The notes under the pieces are model-generated. The model worked only from the letters and a program-made list of their open reading frames with translations, did not search any database and had not been told where the DNA came from. The position numbers and the translations under genes are program-made. Positions 7,179-10,861 of a stretch of DNA of 10,861 bases are shown here, in pieces (positions within the stretch are counted from its first letter, which is position 1; each line of letters starts with the position of its first letter). Location of the stretch: positions 1 through 10,861 of the forward strand of contig JBKPAK010000134.1 of NCBI GenBank assembly GCA_046726415.1, read 5' to 3'. The DNA comes from Candidatus Methylomirabilota bacterium (lineage in GTDB: Bacteria > Methylomirabilota > Methylomirabilia > Rokubacteriales > CSP1-6).

Positions 7179-8828
7179 CTAAAAAATGATGGGCTCGCGG
7201 TAAAGCCCGAACACCTGCCGGTACACGTCGGCAATCTCCCCGAGGCTCACGTAGTCCTTGACGGCATCGATGAGCACGGGCATCACATTGCCGCCGTTGC
7301 GGCAGGTATCGGCGAGCTGCTTGAGCCGGCGCTCCACCCGGGCGGCCTGGCGGCCAGCTTTGACGGCCCTGACCTTCTCGATCTGCTCCAGCTCGACCCT
7401 CTCATCGATGCGCAGGAAGTGGATCGGCTTCTCCTCGACCATTGCGTACTTGTTGACGCCCACGACAATCTTCTCGCGCCGATCTTCCATGAGCTGGTAG
7501 CGGTAGGCGGCATCGGCAATTTCCTTCTGCGGGAAGCCGGTGTCGATGGCCCGGACCATGCCGCCCATGGCATCGATCTGCCGGATGTACTCCAGGGCGG
7601 CCGCCTCCATCTGGTCGGTCATGCGCTCGAGATGGTACGAGCCGCCCATGGGATCGATGGTCAGGGCCACGCCTGTCTCCTCGGCGAGAATCTGCTGCGT
7701 CCGCAGCGCCACCGTCACCGCCTCCTCGGTGGGCAGGGCCCACGTCTCGTCGTAGGAGTTGGTGTGAAGGGACTGCGCTCCACCCAGCACGGCGGCCAGC
7801 GCCTGGATGGCCACGCGGGCGATGTTGTTCAGTGGCTGCTGCGCGGTGGCGGAGACGCCGGCCGTCTGGGTGTGCGTGCGCAGCCGCATGGATTCCGGCT
7901 TGGTCGCCCCGTACCGCTCCTTCATGAAGCGTGCCCACATGCGGCGGGCCGCCCGCAGCTTGGCGATCTCCTCGAAGAAGTCGTTGTGGATGTCGAAGAA
8001 GAAGCTGAGTCGCGGGGCAAAGTCGTCGACGTGGAGACCCCGGGCCAGGCCGGCCTCCACGTAGGCAAGCCCGTCGGCCAAGGTGAAGGCCAGCTCCTGC
8101 ACCGCGGTGGAGCCCGCCTCTCGGATGTGGTAGCCAGAGATCGACACCGGGTTGAACTTGGGCACGTGCCTGGCCGTGAACTCGATCATGTCGGTCACGA
8201 TGCGCACGGCCGGCGCTGGCGGGCAGATCCACTCCTTCTGGGCGATGAACTCCTTCAGCATGTCGTTCTGCATGGTGCCGCCGACCCGCGTCCACGCCAC
8301 GCCCTGCTTGTCGGCCAGGGCGAGGTACATGGCGAGCGCGACCGACGCCGTGCAGTTGATGGTCATCGAGGTGGTGACCTGGTCGAGGGGGATGTCCGCA
8401 AAGAGCCGCTCGAAGTCGGCCAGTGTCGAGATCGACACGCCCTCCTTGCCGACTTCCCCGCGCGCTCGCGGGTGATCGGCGTCGTAGCCCATGAGGGCGG
8501 GCATGTCGAAGGCGGTAGAGAGACCAGTCTGGCCCTGCTCCAGGAGGTACTTGAAGCGGGCGTTGGTGTCCTCGGGGCGCCCGAAGCCCGCGAACATCCG
8601 CATGGTCCACAGGCGGCCGCGGTACATGGTCGGATACACCCCACGCGTGAACGGGTACTCGCCGGGGAAGCCGAGCTTCTCCCCATACGACCAGTCGCCG
8701 AGACTTTCGGGCGTGGCGACGGGCTCGAGCGGAATCCCCGAGAGCGACTCGAATCGCACCGGGCGCTCAGGCGCGCGTGCCACCGCCGGCCGATACGCCT
8801 CATTCTCCCAGCGCTCCCGCTCTCTCAC
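7179..8828 (-). CDS. icmA: B12-dependent acyl-CoA mutase large (substrate-binding) subunit, isobutyryl-CoA mutase-like
   Basis: [68 protein letters not shown]; no fused B12 domain. Probable start GTG 8828 after GGAGGGAGGGGAG. Family certain; the icmA call rests on Phe79/Gln197. Confidence 0.85.
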   Translation of the reverse strand: MRERERWENEAYRPAVARAPERPVRFESLSGIPLEPVATPESLGDWSYGEKLGFPGEYPFTRGVYPTMYRGRLWTMRMFAGFGRPEDTNARFKYLLEQGQTGLSTAFDMPALMGYDADHPRARGEVGKEGVSISTLADFERLFADIPLDQVTTSMTINCTASVALAMYLALADKQGVAWTRVGGTMQNDMLKEFIAQKEWICPPAPAVRIVTDMIEFTARHVPKFNPVSISGYHIREAGSTAVQELAFTLADGLAYVEAGLARGLHVDDFAPRLSFFFDIHNDFFEEIAKLRAARRMWARFMKERYGATKPESMRLRTHTQTAGVSATAQQPLNNIARVAIQALAAVLGGAQSLHTNSYDETWALPTEEAVTVALRTQQILAEETGVALTIDPMGGSYHLERMTDQMEAAALEYIRQIDAMGGMVRAIDTGFPQKEIADAAYRYQLMEDRREKIVVGVNKYAMVEEKPIHFLRIDERVELEQIEKVRAVKAGRQAARVERRLKQLADTCRNGGNVMPVLIDAVKDYVSLGEIADVYRQVFGLYREPIIF

Positions 8829-8865
8829 TGAGCTCCCCTCCCTCCGATGGTCAGCCGAGACCCCC

Positions 8866-10014
8866 TCATGCCGCTCCTCCCAGGACCTCGCGCGCAATGA
8901 CCAGCTTCTGGATCTGTGACGTACCTTCGTAGATCTGCGTGATCTTGGCGTCGCGAAGATATCGCTCGACCTCGTACTCCTTGATATAGCCGTAGCCGCC
9001 GTGGATCTGCACGGCGTCGACCGCCACTTTCATGGCCATTTCAGAGGCGAAGAGCTTGGCTTTGGAGGATGCCACTCCGTAGGGCTGGCCCGTGTCCTTG
9101 AGCCAGGCGGCACGGAGGGTCAAAAGGCGCGCAGCCTCGATGGCCGTGGCCATATCGGCCAGCATCCACTGCACCATCTGGTGCTGGGCAATGATGACGC
9201 CGAACGCCTGGCGCTCGAGCGCGTAAGCCCGGGCGCGATCGTAGGCTCCCTCGGCGATGCCCAACGCCTGGGCGGCGATCCCGATGCGGCCGCCGTCGAG
9301 CGCGGTCATGGCGATCTTGAAGCCCATGCCCTCATCGCCCAGCCGGCAGCCCACCGGTACCCGGCAATCGGTGAAGAGAAACTCTGCGGTATCGGAGGCC
9401 CGGAGACCAAGCTTGTCCTCCGTCTTCACCACCTGGAAACCCGGCGTGCCTTTGCGCACGAGGAAGGCTGAGATCCCGTGATGCCGCCGGGCGCGATCGG
9501 TCTGACAGAACACCAGAGCCGCCGACGACTCGCGTCCGTTCGTCACGAAGAGCTTTCGCCCGTTGAGGACGTAGTGATCGCCCTCGCGCCGCGCGAGGGT
9601 GTGCTGATTCGTGGCGTCGGACCCCGCTTCGGGCTCGGTGAGGGCGAAACAGCCGATCTCCCGTCCGGCCGCCGCCGGCTTCAGAAACTCCTCCCGCTGC
9701 GGATCGGTCCCGAACTTGAAGATGGGATCGCAGTAGAGCGAATTGTTGACCGACATGACGACGGCGTGCGACGCGCAGGCCTTGGCCACCTCCGCCAGCG
9801 CCACGGCGTACGAGACGACATCGGCCCCGCTGCCGCCCCAGGTTTCGGGCACGGCGATGCCCATGAGTCCAAGCTCGCCCATCCGCTTGACGGTCTCATG
9901 CGGGAAGCGACCCTCCCGGTCGAGCTCGGCGGCGATAGGCCTGACCTCGGCGTCGGCGAATTCGCGGGCCATCGCCTGAACCATCTGCTGCTCGGGTGTG
10001 AGCTCGAGTCTCAT
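8866..10014 (-). CDS. Acyl-CoA dehydrogenase 1 (short-chain / butyryl-CoA type)
   Basis: [68 protein letters not shown]. Confidence 0.95.
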   Translation of the reverse strand: MRLELTPEQQMVQAMAREFADAEVRPIAAELDREGRFPHETVKRMGELGLMGIAVPETWGGSGADVVSYAVALAEVAKACASHAVVMSVNNSLYCDPIFKFGTDPQREEFLKPAAAGREIGCFALTEPEAGSDATNQHTLARREGDHYVLNGRKLFVTNGRESSAALVFCQTDRARRHHGISAFLVRKGTPGFQVVKTEDKLGLRASDTAEFLFTDCRVPVGCRLGDEGMGFKIAMTALDGGRIGIAAQALGIAEGAYDRARAYALERQAFGVIIAQHQMVQWMLADMATAIEAARLLTLRAAWLKDTGQPYGVASSKAKLFASEMAMKVAVDAVQIHGGYGYIKEYEVERYLRDAKITQIYEGTSQIQKLVIAREVLGGAA

Positions 10015-10033
10015 GGGCGCCTCGCCAACCGGA

Positions 10034-10861
10034 CTACGAATGCTCCTTCAGCTTCTTCAGCTCTTCGGTGAGGGCGGGGACAACTTCGAAAAGATCGCCC
10101 ACGATGCCGTAGTCGGCGATCTTGAAGATGGGAGCCTCGGGATCCTTGTTGACGGCCACGATGACCTTCGAGGTCCGCATCCCGGCCAGGTGCTGGATGG
10201 CCCCCGACACCCCGAAGCCCAAGTAGAGCTTCGGCGAGATGGTCCGTCCCGTCTGGCCGATCTGGAACCGATGGGGCCGCCAGCCGGCGTCCACGGCGGC
10301 GCGGGAGGCGCCGACCGCCGCACCGATCACGCCCGCCATGTTTTCGAGAATGACGTAGTTCTCCGGCCCCTTCATGCCGCGGCCACCCGAGATCACGATC
10401 TCCGCCTCGGTCAGCTCGGGCAAGCCGGTGGAGACCTCTTCGCGACGCTCCACCAGCTTCATGGCGCTCTCGGGCAAGGTCACGGTCGGGCGATCCACCG
10501 TGGCGGTCTTGCCCGGCTGCGCCTCGGCGGGACGGAACACGTTGGGGCGCAAAGTGGCCATCCACGGCGTCTTCGCCCATGTCACCTTGGACAAGAGCTT
10601 GCCCGCGTACACCGGTCGCGTGGCCACCAGACGGTCGCCCTCGACGGCGAGCGCCACGGAGTCCGCGGACAGCCCCCCACCGAGTCGGGCTGCCAGTCGC
10701 GCCATCAACTCGCGTTGCCGGCTGGTGACGGGGGCCAGGATGGCCTTCGGCGATTCCTGGGCAGCGAGCTCGGCCACGACGGGGGCCCACACCTCCGCGC
10801 GGTACGGCGCGAGGACCGCGTTCTCGAGGAGCGCGATGCGAGTGGCGCCCCACTCGCCGAG
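10034..10861 (-). CDS. etfA: Electron transfer flavoprotein alpha subunit (5' end outside the window)
   Basis: [59 protein letters not shown]. The frame stays open to the window edge ([24 protein letters not shown]...). Confidence 0.96.
   Translation of the reverse strand, partial: LGEWGATRIALLENAVLAPYRAEVWAPVVAELAAQESPKAILAPVTSRQRELMARLAARLGGGLSADSVALAVEGDRLVATRPVYAGKLLSKVTWAKTPWMATLRPNVFRPAEAQPGKTATVDRPTVTLPESAMKLVERREEVSTGLPELTEAEIVISGGRGMKGPENYVILENMAGVIGAAVGASRAAVDAGWRPHRFQIGQTGRTISPKLYLGFGVSGAIQHLAGMRTSKVIVAVNKDPEAPIFKIADYGIVGDLFEVVPALTEELKKLKEHS

Noticed and set aside
6945-8831. 628-aa plus-strand ORF; likewise 3043..4551, 5535..6629 and 2048..3154
   Set aside because: Antisense shadows of well-supported minus-strand genes, expected from GC-rich codon bias; no recognisable motifs.

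Overview
GC-rich bacterial window in which every supported gene is on the minus strand, forming one tightly packed, probably co-transcribed run. Reading right to left: etfA (5'-truncated), acyl-CoA dehydrogenase 1, a B12-dependent acyl-CoA mutase large subunit with the isobutyryl-CoA mutase Phe/Gln signature, a DinB-family protein, branched-chain aminotransferase ilvE, a 176-bp structured repeat region, a HIT hydrolase, the mutase B12-binding small subunit, an 83-aa hypothetical protein, acyl-CoA dehydrogenase 2 (isovaleryl-type pocket), a NitT/TauT-type ABC ATPase, an HSL-family esterase and two ABC permeases (the last 3'-truncated). It looks like a branched-chain amino acid / branched short-chain acyl-CoA catabolic cluster. 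Less obvious signals: a variant mutase active site, a hairpin plus 39-bp tandem repeat element flanked by a candidate 5-bp target duplication, and three tiny ORFs that bridge neighbouring genes through 4-nt overlaps at both ends. All assignments come from motif recognition; no searches were run.
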